From a virus (taxonomy: Duplodnaviria > Caudoviricetes), in IMG/VR virus record IMGVR_UViG_3300009506_000039, positions 1-56,262 of that record: a stretch of 56,262 nucleotides of DNA; one strand, 5' to 3'. The notes beneath the pieces were generated by a model. That model did not search any database, had not been told where the DNA came from, and saw nothing but the letters and a program-made list of their open reading frames with translations. Each line of letters starts with the position of its first letter. Within the stretch, counting starts at the first letter, position 1. Made by a program: the position numbers and the translations under genes. This document shows positions 8,201 to 19,094 of the stretch, one piece after another.

Positions 8201-11200
8201 ATGGCTGGAAACTTTGACGCCGCGATCCGCTTGCTTATGCAAGCGCGCGACGAGAGCATGTCAAGTACCCTCAAGACTGTCGGGGGTGCTTTCTCTGGCC
8301 TTGGCGGTATCGTCCAGGGCGCTTTATCATACCTCACGGGCACGCTCATGCGCGACGCCGTCGACATGGTGCGCGACTTGGGCAAGGAAGTCGTCGGCAT
8401 GGCGGGCGAGTTCCAGTCCAGCATGTCGACGCTCTCGATTGCTGCGTCCTCGACGGGCTTGTCTTTTGACGATCTTCAAGCGGCCGCAATGGCAGTCGGT
8501 GGGGACACTCGTCTCGTCGGCGTGAGCGCGTCGGGTGCCGCTGACTCTCTGACTGGCTTGTTCAAGGCGGGTCTGACTGCCACCGAAGTCTTTGGCGACT
8601 TGAACGGCTACATGGACGGCACCGCAGAGCTCGGCGGCGCACTGCGCGCAGCAATTGATCTCGCCGCAGCAACAGAGCTCGACATGGTGCAAGCCTCGGA
8701 CCTTGCAGCCGTCGCGCTTGCGTCTTTCGGCGGCGAGCTTGAGACTGAGGAGGAGCGCGCAGCGTTCGTCACAGCGGCCATGAACAACATGGTCCAGGCG
8801 GCGGACGCCTCAGTCGCCGAGGTCTCTGATCTAGCCGCGGCTATGGCGAATCTTGCGCCGACTGCGGCGTCTCTGGGCATCTCCATCGAGGACACAAATA
8901 ACGCACTTGCTCTGCTTTCGACGCGTGGAATCGCGGGCGCAGAGGCGGGCACCGCCCTCAAGTCAATGCTCACAAACATGATGCGGCAGACCCCCGCCGT
9001 TACAGACGCCTTGCAGCAATTGGGCATCCAGCTTTATGACAATGAGGGGGTCATGCGCTCTCTGCCCGACATAATCGGGCAGTTCGAGAGCGCTTTGAGC
9101 GGTAGCCTCACGACATATCAGCGCGCTAACCAGCTTACGGCAGAGCAGTCGGAAGCGCTCAAGCTTGCGCAAGCGCAGTACGACAAAGCGGCAAAGGCGA
9201 TCCAGCAACACCAGCTTGGCTTACAAGAGCTTGATCAGACAAAGCTTGAGTCGTATCAATGGGAGATGGAACGCGCAAAGATCGTGATCGACGACTTGAA
9301 CGCAGCGCAAGGCGACTTGATCCCGGTCACTCAACAGCTTACAGACGAGCAGAGAGCATACTACATACAAACCATAGCGGGCACGTATGGCATGAACGCC
9401 ATGAACGTGCTTCTGGGCGAGGGCGTCGAGGGCTGGAATGCCATGGCGACGGCGACAGCGGGCGCCGCGACAATACAAGAGCAAGCGGCTGCAAAAGCTG
9501 CGACGTTCGAGGGGCAAATGGAAGCCCTAGAGGGGACGATAGAAACCCTCAAGATCGGGATCGGCACTGCGCTCTTGCCCGTGCTCACAGAGCTTGCAGC
9601 GTGGGCGTCTGGGATGATCGAGCAATACGGCCCGCAATTGCAAGCCGCGTTTGACGTGATCGCGGCTGCCATAACCCGAGTCGTCGACGTGCTCATGGGA
9701 TTCATGAACGGCGAGACGAACCTTGCCGATATACTGCCCCCCGAGGTCGTGCCGCTCTTTCAGGCCTTTCAGGCGACTCTTGATCGACTCGGGGAATGGT
9801 GGGCAGAGTACGGCCCCCTGATCACAGAGATCGCGGGCAATCTGTTCGCAAAGCTGCAAGAGACAATTCAGACTCTCGTCTCAGAGCACTTACCATGGGT
9901 GCAAGAAAAGCTCGAACTGTTCGGCACGTGGTTTGAGGAAAACGGCCCCTTGATCGTGAGCTTTGCGCAGACGATCGGCGACGTGCTCGGCTGGATGCTC
10001 GATCAGGTCGGCGGCTATATGGAGCTCGTTCGTGCAGAGTTCGATCTCTTTTTGAACGTGTTTCTGGGGCTCGTAACCCTGATTATGCAAGTCGCAACCG
10101 GCGACTGGGCGGGCGCGTGGGCGACAATACAACAGGTCGCGATCGACGTCGTCGAGGGAATCAAGAACGTCCTGATCGCGTGGATCGACTGGGTCGCGGG
10201 CTGGTTCGGCTCTGACTGGGCGGGCGTCGTCGAGCTCTGGAATAACATATGGACTGCAATCGCTGACTTTTTCGTCGGTATCTGGGAATGGATCGCGACG
10301 ACTGCTCAAAGCGTGTGGACGTCGATCTCTGACTTTTTCACGAGCATATTTACCGCGATCTCTGACTTTTTCGTCGGGCTGTGGACTGACATAGTCGCCT
10401 TCTTTGTCGGTATCTGGGAGTCTCTGACCACGACGGCGACAGAAAGCACAAACGCAGTACAGACGACGATCACAGACGTCTTTACAGCGATCTCGACCTT
10501 TTTCTCGGAAATATGGGCGACGATCCAGGGCGTCTTTGACACAGTACTTGCGTACATCGACGAGCTCGTCGGCGATCAGTTCCGCTCAATACTCGCCTCG
10601 ATCACGGAGATACTGACCGAGGTTTGGGACTTTGTGCGCGACGTCTGGGAGCAATTGATCCAGCCCAAGATCGAGGAAGTGCTCTCTGCGATCTCTGCCT
10701 TTATCACCGAGACGATGACAGCGATCTCGACGTTCTGGTCAGAGACGTGGACAGCGATCTCGACGTTCCTTTCTGAGACGTGGGCGGCGATCTGGGCGAC
10801 GATCACAGAGGTTGCGTCCGCAATATGGTCAACGATCACGACGATCTTTTCTGCTGTGGCTGCGTGGTGGGCCGAGACGTGGAACGCGATCAGCACGAAA
10901 GCGTCAGAAATTTGGATCGCGATCTCGACGATGATCACGGCGATCACGACAGCGATCCGCTCGACGCTTGAGCGCTGGCTCTTGCCCCTCAAGATGTGGT
11001 GGGATCGCACGTGGACAGAGATCAAGGCTCGACTCTTGCAGCTCTGGGATCAAATGAAAGCGGCGATCCAGGAGCGTCTTGAGGCACTGCGCGCAAAGAT
11101 CAGCGAAAAGATACAAGCGGCAAAGAACGCGATCACGTCGATCGACTGGGCGGGCATCGGGCGGGCCATGATCAACGGGATCGCACGCGGCGTCATGGAC

Positions 11201-13006
11201 AAGGCAAAGCATCTTGCCGACAAGGCTGCAAGCGCTGTGCGTAACGCAATCGCGCGCGCACGCGCGGCAATGGGCATACACTCGCCAAGCTCTGTTGCTG
11301 CGGACGAACTGGGCGCACCGCTTGCGGAGGGCATACAAGTCGGCTTTGAGCGAATCGCTCCCCGCATGCAGGAGGCTATGGCGTCGGGCGTCAAGATGGC
11401 GACGGATAGCCTCATACACTTTGTCGCAGAAACCGGCCCAGAGGTCGGCAAAGAGCTCGGTCAGAAGATCGCCGATGGGTTCACAAAGCAAGCGCCGACG
11501 ATGGAAGCCGAAGTCGACAATAGCTGGATGCTTGCTTTGCTCAAGACTCAAGAGAGCGTCATGAAGTACGCTCCCGAGATCGGCAAGTCGGCGGCACAAG
11601 AGATCGCCACGGGCTTTGAGAAAGAAACGCCTGCAATGTATAGCCGCGTCGACTATGCAGCGCTCGACTCGTTCTGGCAGATCGGCGAGGCTATACAGAT
11701 CGTCGCGCAAGACGTCGGACAGAGCGCAGCGAAAGAGATCGGCAGCGGGTTCCAGTCTGCAAGCTCAGACACAGAGCAAGTGCAGATCAATAGCATGGAG
11801 GACTGGTACAAGCATCTTGCAGAGCAAGCGGGCGAGACATTCCCCGAGGTCGGCGAGACTGCGGCGCGGGAAATCTCTGTGGGGTTCATGCCAGCGTTCG
11901 AGCGCACGAGCGCTGACATGTCAAGTGCAGCTTTCGACACAATGGAGCGCGTTCGAGACACTGTCGCCCCTATGGCGCTTGACGTAGGATTTAACATCGT
12001 CGACGGGATCGAGGGCGGCTTTCAGGATCGCATGCCCATCATGGGCAGCGCTTTCAGAGAGGGAACCCAAGACACTCTAGACAGCTTGCGCGCGGTCACA
12101 ATCGAGGAAGCGCCCGATATCGGGCTCGGGCTTGTCAACGGCATCACCGGCGCTTTTCAAGACGGGTTGAACGTCCAAGAGTCGGGCATGTCAAGACAGA
12201 TCGAGGATGCTGTCTCGTCTGTCGGCGAGGCTGTGCGAGACGAGATTGCAAGTCTTGCAAGCTGGATGCAGACAGAGACAGACGACATGTGGAAAGACGT
12301 CGTTGCCCGAACACAGCAAGGGCGCTTTGACGTACAGACAGAGCTTCACAGCTTTATCACGTGGGTGTGGTCGACGTGGGGCAGCGCTTACAACAATTGG
12401 ATGCTTGAGATCACCACGGGCATGTGGGCGCACGTGCTCACACGCACAGAGGCGGGTACAAGCGCGCTGCGCGACGAGATCGCGGGCACTGTCGAGTGGA
12501 TGCGCATGAACTGGCAACGCTTGCTCTCGTGGCTCGTCGAGGAAGTCGCAAAGACTCTGCGAGAGATCGCAAGCGCTGGATGGTTTGGTACGGGGCAATC
12601 AATAGTCGACGGAATCGGACGCGGCCTTATGTCGAGACGGAACTACCTGAACTGGGTTATGAGACGTCTTATGCTTGACGCGGTCGACGCTGCGCAGACG
12701 GCGATCCAGGCGGGCTCACCGTCGAGGCTTGCAAGCCGAGAGCTCGGGCAGCCCCTTGCGCAAGGCGTCGGGCAGGGGCTTATGACTGCTATGGGCGACG
12801 TCGAGTCGAACTTTGAGCGCATGCTCACGGGGCTCGTCGGCTCGGGTGCCGGGCTTGTGCGGGGAGCGCCTTATCGGGCTGCACTCCCGGCAAGCGCAGT
12901 GCTTGAGCAAGCGCCATCGCAGCAAGTGAACATAGAAAACCTGTACTTGCCGAACGTACAAGAACCGCATGACTTTCTGCGGGAGCTCCAGGGGCTTATG
13001 AGGTAA
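8201..13006 (+). CDS. Tape measure protein (~1600 aa)
   Basis: TP901-type TMP domain (GIAGAEAGTALKSML); Trp/Phe 11-residue repeats; GIHSPS motif; ATG 8201 with RBS GAGAGG. Confidence 0.95.
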   Translation: MAGNFDAAIRLLMQARDESMSSTLKTVGGAFSGLGGIVQGALSYLTGTLMRDAVDMVRDLGKEVVGMAGEFQSSMSTLSIAASSTGLSFDDLQAAAMAVGGDTRLVGVSASGAADSLTGLFKAGLTATEVFGDLNGYMDGTAELGGALRAAIDLAAATELDMVQASDLAAVALASFGGELETEEERAAFVTAAMNNMVQAADASVAEVSDLAAAMANLAPTAASLGISIEDTNNALALLSTRGIAGAEAGTALKSMLTNMMRQTPAVTDALQQLGIQLYDNEGVMRSLPDIIGQFESALSGSLTTYQRANQLTAEQSEALKLAQAQYDKAAKAIQQHQLGLQELDQTKLESYQWEMERAKIVIDDLNAAQGDLIPVTQQLTDEQRAYYIQTIAGTYGMNAMNVLLGEGVEGWNAMATATAGAATIQEQAAAKAATFEGQMEALEGTIETLKIGIGTALLPVLTELAAWASGMIEQYGPQLQAAFDVIAAAITRVVDVLMGFMNGETNLADILPPEVVPLFQAFQATLDRLGEWWAEYGPLITEIAGNLFAKLQETIQTLVSEHLPWVQEKLELFGTWFEENGPLIVSFAQTIGDVLGWMLDQVGGYMELVRAEFDLFLNVFLGLVTLIMQVATGDWAGAWATIQQVAIDVVEGIKNVLIAWIDWVAGWFGSDWAGVVELWNNIWTAIADFFVGIWEWIATTAQSVWTSISDFFTSIFTAISDFFVGLWTDIVAFFVGIWESLTTTATESTNAVQTTITDVFTAISTFFSEIWATIQGVFDTVLAYIDELVGDQFRSILASITEILTEVWDFVRDVWEQLIQPKIEEVLSAISAFITETMTAISTFWSETWTAISTFLSETWAAIWATITEVASAIWSTITTIFSAVAAWWAETWNAISTKASEIWIAISTMITAITTAIRSTLERWLLPLKMWWDRTWTEIKARLLQLWDQMKAAIQERLEALRAKISEKIQAAKNAITSIDWAGIGRAMINGIARGVMDKAKHLADKAASAVRNAIARARAAMGIHSPSSVAADELGAPLAEGIQVGFERIAPRMQEAMASGVKMATDSLIHFVAETGPEVGKELGQKIADGFTKQAPTMEAEVDNSWMLALLKTQESVMKYAPEIGKSAAQEIATGFEKETPAMYSRVDYAALDSFWQIGEAIQIVAQDVGQSAAKEIGSGFQSASSDTEQVQINSMEDWYKHLAEQAGETFPEVGETAAREISVGFMPAFERTSADMSSAAFDTMERVRDTVAPMALDVGFNIVDGIEGGFQDRMPIMGSAFREGTQDTLDSLRAVTIEEAPDIGLGLVNGITGAFQDGLNVQESGMSRQIEDAVSSVGEAVRDEIASLASWMQTETDDMWKDVVARTQQGRFDVQTELHSFITWVWSTWGSAYNNWMLEITTGMWAHVLTRTEAGTSALRDEIAGTVEWMRMNWQRLLSWLVEEVAKTLREIASAGWFGTGQSIVDGIGRGLMSRRNYLNWVMRRLMLDAVDAAQTAIQAGSPSRLASRELGQPLAQGVGQGLMTAMGDVESNFERMLTGLVGSGAGLVRGAPYRAALPASAVLEQAPSQQVNIENLYLPNVQEPHDFLRELQGLMR

Positions 13007-13010
13007 GACT

Positions 13011-14942
13011 ATGGCAGACTATGACTTGATCCCGCACTCGTTCGACGGGACACAGATCAATGACGGGACGAACTTTTCGGCGGCTTTTTCGCCGGGGCTC
13101 TCTTGGGGCTTGCCGAGTGTGCAAGCGGTGATGGTTCCCAGACATAGCGCATGGCCGGTGACGTCCGGGCTTGAGAGAAACGACGGGCGCGTCATGACTT
13201 TGATCGTGCGGATCAAGGGCGCAGACAAGCGCGCACTGCGCGACGAGCTCTTGAGACTCTTTGATCCAGAGAGACAGGACACGTCGAACTTTGTGGTCAA
13301 AGATCAAGACGGCACAAATACGCGCTATGTGATCGCGCTGTGCGAGTCGTGCTTACCTCTTGTCGGCGTGCGTGCGTTCCGCGACGCGTTCGAGATCAAG
13401 CTCCGTGTCCACGACGACGTTCGCTGGCGCTCGACGAGCTTAACCCAGCCGGCGACGTGGTCGATCACAGCCACGGCGCAACAGACGACGATCACGAACC
13501 CAGGCACAGACGACGCCTATCCCGAGATCACGATCATGCCGACGAGCGCAAAGAGCGGCACGTCTGACTATACGTACAAAGCTTTCCAGATCGTGCGCTG
13601 GCGCGCGTCGACTGGGGCAAGCTTGTATCCGGTCGACATAGTCAATAATGGGCTTGACACTGCGACGCTCGTCTCTGGCGGCAAGATGCAATCGGACGGC
13701 GACGACTTGCGGGTCAAAGTCGACGGCTCAGAGGTCGATCGCTGGCTGCAAGACATGAATAATGCCACCACCCAGGTGTGGGTCAATCTCGACTTTGAGC
13801 CCGCGTGGTCGAGTACGATCACGGCGGCAATCGACTCGGGCGACTCGCCCACGTCGATCACGTTCGACGACGACACCTCGGCGCTCCCGTCTGAGGGGCT
13901 GATCGAGATCGGGGGCGAGGTCTTTACCTACACAAGCAAGAACGACTCGACAAAGACGATCACGCTCGGCGCTCGTGCGGCCAAGGGATCAAGTGCAGCG
14001 TCTCACAGCCTGGGGGCTACCGCGTACTGGCTACAGCATGAGATATACTTGCTATACGGCAATCCCAGTGCCACAGCGCCCACGGTCGACGATGACTATA
14101 AGCCCGCCTTTGAGCTCGACAGCACAAACACGTCATGGGACTATGACGTCTTTGGCTCAGACGACGGCAAGCGCACCGCGCCTTGGGTCTACGCAGAGGA
14201 AATGAGTGTCAACTCCTACGGTAGCGCTCTGCACAAGTACACTGGGGACAGAGATGGCGGGGATACTGATCCCTGGCAGTACATGGGCATACACTTTTAT
14301 CAATGGGGACAGAGAGCGTATTGGAAGGCAACGAACCCATGCGGCATCACAGCCGCCAACTTTGTCGACGGTGAGGCATGGGCAGAGGACTTGACACACT
14401 TTTACGTGTGGCTGTACTCGGGCTCACCAGAGACTCAAGAGGACGTCGTCGCAAGCCCCGGCGAGGGCTTCCCGACAAGTGCGTCGACCTGGGAGGCGTG
14501 GTCAGACAATGAGACTCTGACAAGTGGCATGACGTCTGTGTGGCTGTACGCAACCCCAGCCGGTGGCTATCAGCCGGAGGGGCTTGTACAGGTCGGGGAT
14601 GTGACGCTTACACTCAATAGCACATACACCCCGACAGTGCAAGCGATCGCAGAGGAGACAAGCTATGCTCTCACGTGCACGATCACGAACACAGAGACGG
14701 GCGACGCTTTCAGTATAGACTATAGCGGCGTACAGGCAAACGAGTCGATCACGGTCGACACAGACGAGCGCACAGTCACCGACGATCAAGACGGCTCGTC
14801 GCAGTTCCAAGCTTTGACTCTCGTCGGCGGCGCGCGCAAGCACTGGCTGCGACTCGTGCCCGGAGACAATGTGATCCAGTATGACGACGAGGCGACGGCG
14901 GGCGTCGACGTCGACTTTTCTTTCCGCGCTCGATTCTACTAG
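13011..14942 (+). CDS. Distal tail (Dit)-like protein with inserted domains (DUF2341-like)
   Basis: Follows TMP; TNPGTDDAYPEITI and WLRLVPGDNVIQY...FRARFY Dit-type ends; insert KMQSDGDDLRV...DRW. Confidence 0.7.
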   Translation: MADYDLIPHSFDGTQINDGTNFSAAFSPGLSWGLPSVQAVMVPRHSAWPVTSGLERNDGRVMTLIVRIKGADKRALRDELLRLFDPERQDTSNFVVKDQDGTNTRYVIALCESCLPLVGVRAFRDAFEIKLRVHDDVRWRSTSLTQPATWSITATAQQTTITNPGTDDAYPEITIMPTSAKSGTSDYTYKAFQIVRWRASTGASLYPVDIVNNGLDTATLVSGGKMQSDGDDLRVKVDGSEVDRWLQDMNNATTQVWVNLDFEPAWSSTITAAIDSGDSPTSITFDDDTSALPSEGLIEIGGEVFTYTSKNDSTKTITLGARAAKGSSAASHSLGATAYWLQHEIYLLYGNPSATAPTVDDDYKPAFELDSTNTSWDYDVFGSDDGKRTAPWVYAEEMSVNSYGSALHKYTGDRDGGDTDPWQYMGIHFYQWGQRAYWKATNPCGITAANFVDGEAWAEDLTHFYVWLYSGSPETQEDVVASPGEGFPTSASTWEAWSDNETLTSGMTSVWLYATPAGGYQPEGLVQVGDVTLTLNSTYTPTVQAIAEETSYALTCTITNTETGDAFSIDYSGVQANESITVDTDERTVTDDQDGSSQFQALTLVGGARKHWLRLVPGDNVIQYDDEATAGVDVDFSFRARFY

Positions 14943-14951
14943 GAGGCAAGC

Positions 14952-15290
14952 ATGCTTTTCGAGATCACGATCACGGCGGTGCAAATACAGATCGCGGGAT
15001 ACGTCGACTTTATGTGCACTCTGCAAAAAGAGACGACGGAAGGCTCGGGGATGTTCGAGGACTTTTCGGGCCAGCCCGATCGGGTGCGTTTGCCGATCTC
15101 AACGATCTATGAGATCGCAACGGACGACATAGCATATCCCGACAGGGCAGCAAAGCTTGTGGAGCTCCGCAGCCGCGTACTTTCTGCGGCGCGCGCTCTC
15201 CCGGTCGTGCAAGCCGTGGCTCGACAAGATCAACTTGTCAGCGCGTTGCCCGACCTGCCATTCTCAACCACTTTTGACTTTCCCGAGTAG
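14952..15290 (+). CDS. Hypothetical tail protein (112 aa)
   Basis: RBS AGGAGG; operon position. Confidence 0.7.
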   Translation: MLFEITITAVQIQIAGYVDFMCTLQKETTEGSGMFEDFSGQPDRVRLPISTIYEIATDDIAYPDRAAKLVELRSRVLSAARALPVVQAVARQDQLVSALPDLPFSTTFDFPE

Positions 15291-15299
15291 GAGGGCGGC

Positions 15300-16271
15300 A
15301 TGCCGAACTGGTTGAAACAAAGCACGACGGTGACTTTGCAGCTTGGTCCGTTCGTCGACGAGGATGACGGCAAGACAGCGGAAACGGGGCTCACGATCGA
15401 GGACACAGACGTGTACTTGAGCAAGAACGGGGCGGCGTTTGCGAATCCGAACGACACAAATAACGCCACGCATGATGCGTCTGGGTGGTACAGAAAACAG
15501 CTTGACGGGACAGACACGGGCACACTCGGGCGCCTGATCGTTATGGTGCACGAGGCGGGCGCTCTCCCCGTGTGGCGTGAGTTCATGATCGTCCCGGCAA
15601 ACGTGTATGACTCTCTCGTCTCGGGCTCTGATTATGTGCAAGTCGACGCAGTACAGATCGAGGGCGGCGATGCCACAGACGCGATCAACGCCGAGGCAGA
15701 CACAGCGCTCTCAGACTATGATCCCCCGACAAAAGCAGAGCTCGACAGCGGGCTTGCGGCCTTGAACGATCCAACGGCGGCCGTGGTTGCCGCCGCCGTT
15801 TGGGACCTGGCTGTCTCTGGGCACACGACGGGCGGCACGTTCGGAAGCTATATCAATGCTATACTTTCGGATACCGGCGAACTGCAAACGGCGTGGACGA
15901 TCGGCGGGCGACTCGATCTCATACTCGCCGCTATAGTCGACGACACAGGCACGAGCGGCGTTGTGATCGCAGACAGTGCGATCACCGCAGCAAAGATCGC
16001 GGCTGATGCCATCGGCGCGTCTGAGCTTGCAGCCGATGCCGCGACAGAGATCGCCGACGCGCTCTTGAAAAGAGACTGGACGTCTGTCTCTGGGGAGGCC
16101 GCGCGCTCTGTCTTGAACGCGCTCCGATTCTTGCGTAATAGGGTTGTGATCGATTCGGACGCGGGCACGATCTCGATCAAGAAAGAGGACGACAGCACGG
16201 AGGCCTGGGCGGGCGATATTACCTCCGATGCGAGTACGAGCCCGATTGTAGAGATCGATCCGACGACGTAA
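15300..16271 (+). CDS. Minor tail/virion structural protein (323 aa)
   Basis: RBS GGAGG; ITAAKIAADAI fibre-like segment; related to 2787-3623. Confidence 0.7.
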   Translation: MPNWLKQSTTVTLQLGPFVDEDDGKTAETGLTIEDTDVYLSKNGAAFANPNDTNNATHDASGWYRKQLDGTDTGTLGRLIVMVHEAGALPVWREFMIVPANVYDSLVSGSDYVQVDAVQIEGGDATDAINAEADTALSDYDPPTKAELDSGLAALNDPTAAVVAAAVWDLAVSGHTTGGTFGSYINAILSDTGELQTAWTIGGRLDLILAAIVDDTGTSGVVIADSAITAAKIAADAIGASELAADAATEIADALLKRDWTSVSGEAARSVLNALRFLRNRVVIDSDAGTISIKKEDDSTEAWAGDITSDASTSPIVEIDPTT

Positions 16272-16280
16272 GGGGGACAT

Positions 16281-17375
16281 ATGCCTCTAGTCGGCTGGTA
16301 TGGCATCTTGCGATGGGGCATCGGCTTGCCTGATGCCCCGACAACCGAGACGCATGCGCGCGTGACTGTCGCCGATCAGTTCGGCGCAATACTGACAGAG
16401 CTCGATCGCGCGCTCGTGCGCGTGTGCTCGTGGCGCTTGAACGACTACGGAAAAGCAGAGATCGAGATCGCGGCGACAGACGACAAGGCGACGCTCGACA
16501 ATCTCGCCTTTGGCAATCTGATCTTGCTTGAGTTCGAGAACGGGCTCCCGAACTGGGCCGGCGTGATCGACGCGCCGCGCTCATGGCCAAAAGGCTCGAT
16601 CACGGTGAACGCTTACGGGGCAGCGTACTTGCTCACGTCGAGACGAACAGGCAAGGACCAAGCATATGCAGCGCAGTCTCCGGGCGCGATCTTTCAAGAC
16701 TTGATCGCGCGCGCAAACACAACCCACCACATGGGAATAGAGATCGGCACTGTCTGGGAGGGCTCGGGCACACACTCGATCTCTTTCAACTTTGCCGATC
16801 TCTATACTGTGATCAAAGAGCAGTGCTGCGAACGTCTCGCGGACGCAGACTTTGACATAACCGGCGCGATCTCGAACGGGCGGATCGTGCTGACTGCGAA
16901 CTATTATCAAAGCAAGGGCGCGACTCGTTCGGGGGTCGCGCTCGTCGAGTCGCGCAACGTCTCGGGCGATCCGGTGCTTGAGGAGCAAGGCCCGATCTAT
17001 AACGTTTGGCGCGCAATCGGGCCGGGCTCTCTCTGGGACGACACCCGCCTCATTGGATATGCGTTCGATCAAGACAGTGTCGACAAGTACGGCTACCGCG
17101 AGATTGTCGAGTCTCACACTGAGGTAGACAGCCAGACGAGTCTCGACGAGATCGCGGCTAACCGGCTCGGCGTCACAAAAGACCCCCGCAATCGGGTTGC
17201 ACTCTCTGTCGCAGACTTGCGCCCTGGCCTGTTCTCTGCTTATGACGTGGGCGACACTGTAACCATCGTATTGCACAGCAAGGGCTTTGGCGGCTACATT
17301 GCACAAGCGCGCGTGATCACGAGAGAGTACAGTCCGGCAAGCGGTACGTGCGCGCTTGTCGTCGAGGAGCGGTGA
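16281..17375 (+). CDS. Minor tail / baseplate hub protein (364 aa)
   Basis: SVDKYGYREIV, YDVGDTVTI...ARVITREY siphovirus hub-type C-terminus. Confidence 0.7.
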   Translation: MPLVGWYGILRWGIGLPDAPTTETHARVTVADQFGAILTELDRALVRVCSWRLNDYGKAEIEIAATDDKATLDNLAFGNLILLEFENGLPNWAGVIDAPRSWPKGSITVNAYGAAYLLTSRRTGKDQAYAAQSPGAIFQDLIARANTTHHMGIEIGTVWEGSGTHSISFNFADLYTVIKEQCCERLADADFDITGAISNGRIVLTANYYQSKGATRSGVALVESRNVSGDPVLEEQGPIYNVWRAIGPGSLWDDTRLIGYAFDQDSVDKYGYREIVESHTEVDSQTSLDEIAANRLGVTKDPRNRVALSVADLRPGLFSAYDVGDTVTIVLHSKGFGGYIAQARVITREYSPASGTCALVVEER

Positions 17376-17376
17376 T

Positions 17377-17754
17377 ATGTCGTCAAATTCTGTGATCGTT
17401 CGAGACTTGCTTGTCTCTGACCCCGTGAGTGCGATCAAGGCGATCTTGCGTCGACTTGAAACACTAGAGCAGACACACCCAGGACGCCCCGGCGTGCAGC
17501 CCGGCAATCTCGTCTTTATCACAGAGCAAGGGATTGCTGACGTGAGCGCTGGCGGCGTGCGGTGCTTTGTCTCTGCGGATAACGTCTCGAACCCGCCCAC
17601 GGCTGCACAAGCCGACTCTGCGCTCGGGCTCACAGCGGAGGACGTCGGTTCGGGGTTCTCGTTCTGTATACACGACAATGGAAATGGGACCATGTGGGCG
17701 ATCTGGTCAGACGGCGCAGACTGGCACGCAGAGGCGCTTACAAAGCTGGTATAA
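17377..17754 (+). CDS. Minor tail protein (125 aa)
   Basis: RBS GAGGAG; ILRRLETLEQ coiled coil typical of the post-hub gene. Confidence 0.65.
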   Translation: MSSNSVIVRDLLVSDPVSAIKAILRRLETLEQTHPGRPGVQPGNLVFITEQGIADVSAGGVRCFVSADNVSNPPTAAQADSALGLTAEDVGSGFSFCIHDNGNGTMWAIWSDGADWHAEALTKLV

Positions 17755-17767
17755 AGGGGGCGCGCAA

Positions 17768-18469
17768 TTGGGCGAGGTATTTAACATCAGGCACGAGACC
17801 GATCTCTCTGAATACGATAGCACTGTCGTTGACGGCGGCGATCTGAGTCAAGATGCTGCCGCTGCGCTGGGTGGCACTAGCGGGGGCCTAAAATGTGTTT
17901 TGGACGACACCAATGTCATATACGGTCACAAGGACTTTGTTCAACTTGCTGGCACGGCCTATCGCTATCGCTTTTACGTTGATCCCAACGGCTTGACGAT
18001 GGCGAACTGGGACAACTTCATGTTGTGCGCTCTGCGGGACGGGGGCAGCACTCGATCAGACGTGTTTCTCCAACGCGACAATGCGTCACATTACGAGATC
18101 GCCGCGTTCGTGCTAGATGATACCTCTACCTGGCAATCGACGTCATATTACGACGTCACCGACGCGGAACATTACGTCGAGATTCTTGTACAATATGCGT
18201 CAAGTGACATAGCAAGCGATGGCTCTCTGACGCTGTGGATCGACGGCGCGCAGCAAGAGCAAGTGGGTAGCCTTGATATTTATGACGTGAGCCAGCCGCA
18301 AGACGCGGACCTGGGTGCAGTCTTTGGAATCGACGCGGGGACGAGTGGAACGTTCTATCTTGACGAGCTCGTGCTTCGCGATGACAACACAGAGATCGGG
18401 CCGTACAGTGCGGGCGGCGGCGCGATCGCGCCACAGGCCATGATCTTGCGCAGACAGCTTACATCGTAG
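17768..18469 (+). CDS. Concanavalin/LamG-like putative receptor-binding protein; paralogue of 1770-2489
   Basis: TTG start 17768 after AAGGGGG; last gene of tail operon; HYVEI...DGSLTLWIDG...GTFYLDEL. Confidence 0.65.
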   Translation: MGEVFNIRHETDLSEYDSTVVDGGDLSQDAAAALGGTSGGLKCVLDDTNVIYGHKDFVQLAGTAYRYRFYVDPNGLTMANWDNFMLCALRDGGSTRSDVFLQRDNASHYEIAAFVLDDTSTWQSTSYYDVTDAEHYVEILVQYASSDIASDGSLTLWIDGAQQEQVGSLDIYDVSQPQDADLGAVFGIDAGTSGTFYLDELVLRDDNTEIGPYSAGGGAIAPQAMILRRQLTS

Positions 18470-18488
18470 GCAACGATCTGATCGGGGA

Positions 18489-18517
18489 TTGACTTGCTCT
18501 CTGACTTGCGGTATAAT
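18489..18517 (+). promoter_or_regulatory. Sigma70/A-type promoter
   Basis: TTGACT-17 nt-TATAAT. Confidence 0.75.
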
Positions 18518-18611
18518 CAGAGAGAGGACAGTCTCACAGAACGTTCCCACCATAAACAACACGCCAAAGGGGCTCATTGGAACGCTCTTGAGCTCGACAT
18601 AGGAGACAAAC

Positions 18612-19094
18612 ATGGGCGGCGACGCTGTGGGACTGTTCGACTTTTCGCAATTGATCAGGGAGGGCGGCGTGATCGCGGGCGTCGTCGTCGCGTTCCTGTT
18701 TGCCAGTAAGCTCTTGACAGTGTTCACCCCGATCATACAAGACAAAATGACTGGGGGCAAGGCGACAAAGAGCGCAGCGCCGAGCGAGACGCCAAAGGCG
18801 CAGATCGCCTCAGACGAGACGATCCGCGCGCACTTGACCCGGACGCGATGCGTGCCCGAGGACGTCGACTTGAGGAGGCTGGCTGCGCAAGTCGACGACT
18901 TGTATCAATGGCACAAGACGACAGACCCCACGGGCGCTTTTCCGTGGAAGATATCGCCGGTCTTGCACTCGGCAATAGAGAGTCTTGCACAGAGCAACCG
19001 ACAGATTGCCAGCTTGCTCGAACGTGTGATCGCGGGGCAAGGCGACGTCGCCGAACGACTCGACAGGCTCGAACGTCGCATGCACAAGGAATAG
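18612..19094 (+). CDS. Membrane protein (N-terminal TM + coiled coil), holin-like
   Basis: RBS AGGAG; GGVIAGVVVAFLFA hydrophobic segment. Confidence 0.55.
   Translation: MGGDAVGLFDFSQLIREGGVIAGVVVAFLFASKLLTVFTPIIQDKMTGGKATKSAAPSETPKAQIASDETIRAHLTRTRCVPEDVDLRRLAAQVDDLYQWHKTTDPTGAFPWKISPVLHSAIESLAQSNRQIASLLERVIAGQGDVAERLDRLERRMHKE

Noticed and set aside
10250-10960. CRISPR-like or tandem DNA repeats (GATCTCTGACTTTTTC, ACAGCGATCTCGACGTTC)
   Set aside because: The 33-nt period is in frame and reflects the 11-aa tape measure repeats
1770-18469. Diversity-generating retroelement (TR/VR) suggested by the two similar lectin-like genes
   Set aside because: No reverse transcriptase in the window; differences are mostly synonymous, not adenine-specific, and both copies are full genes
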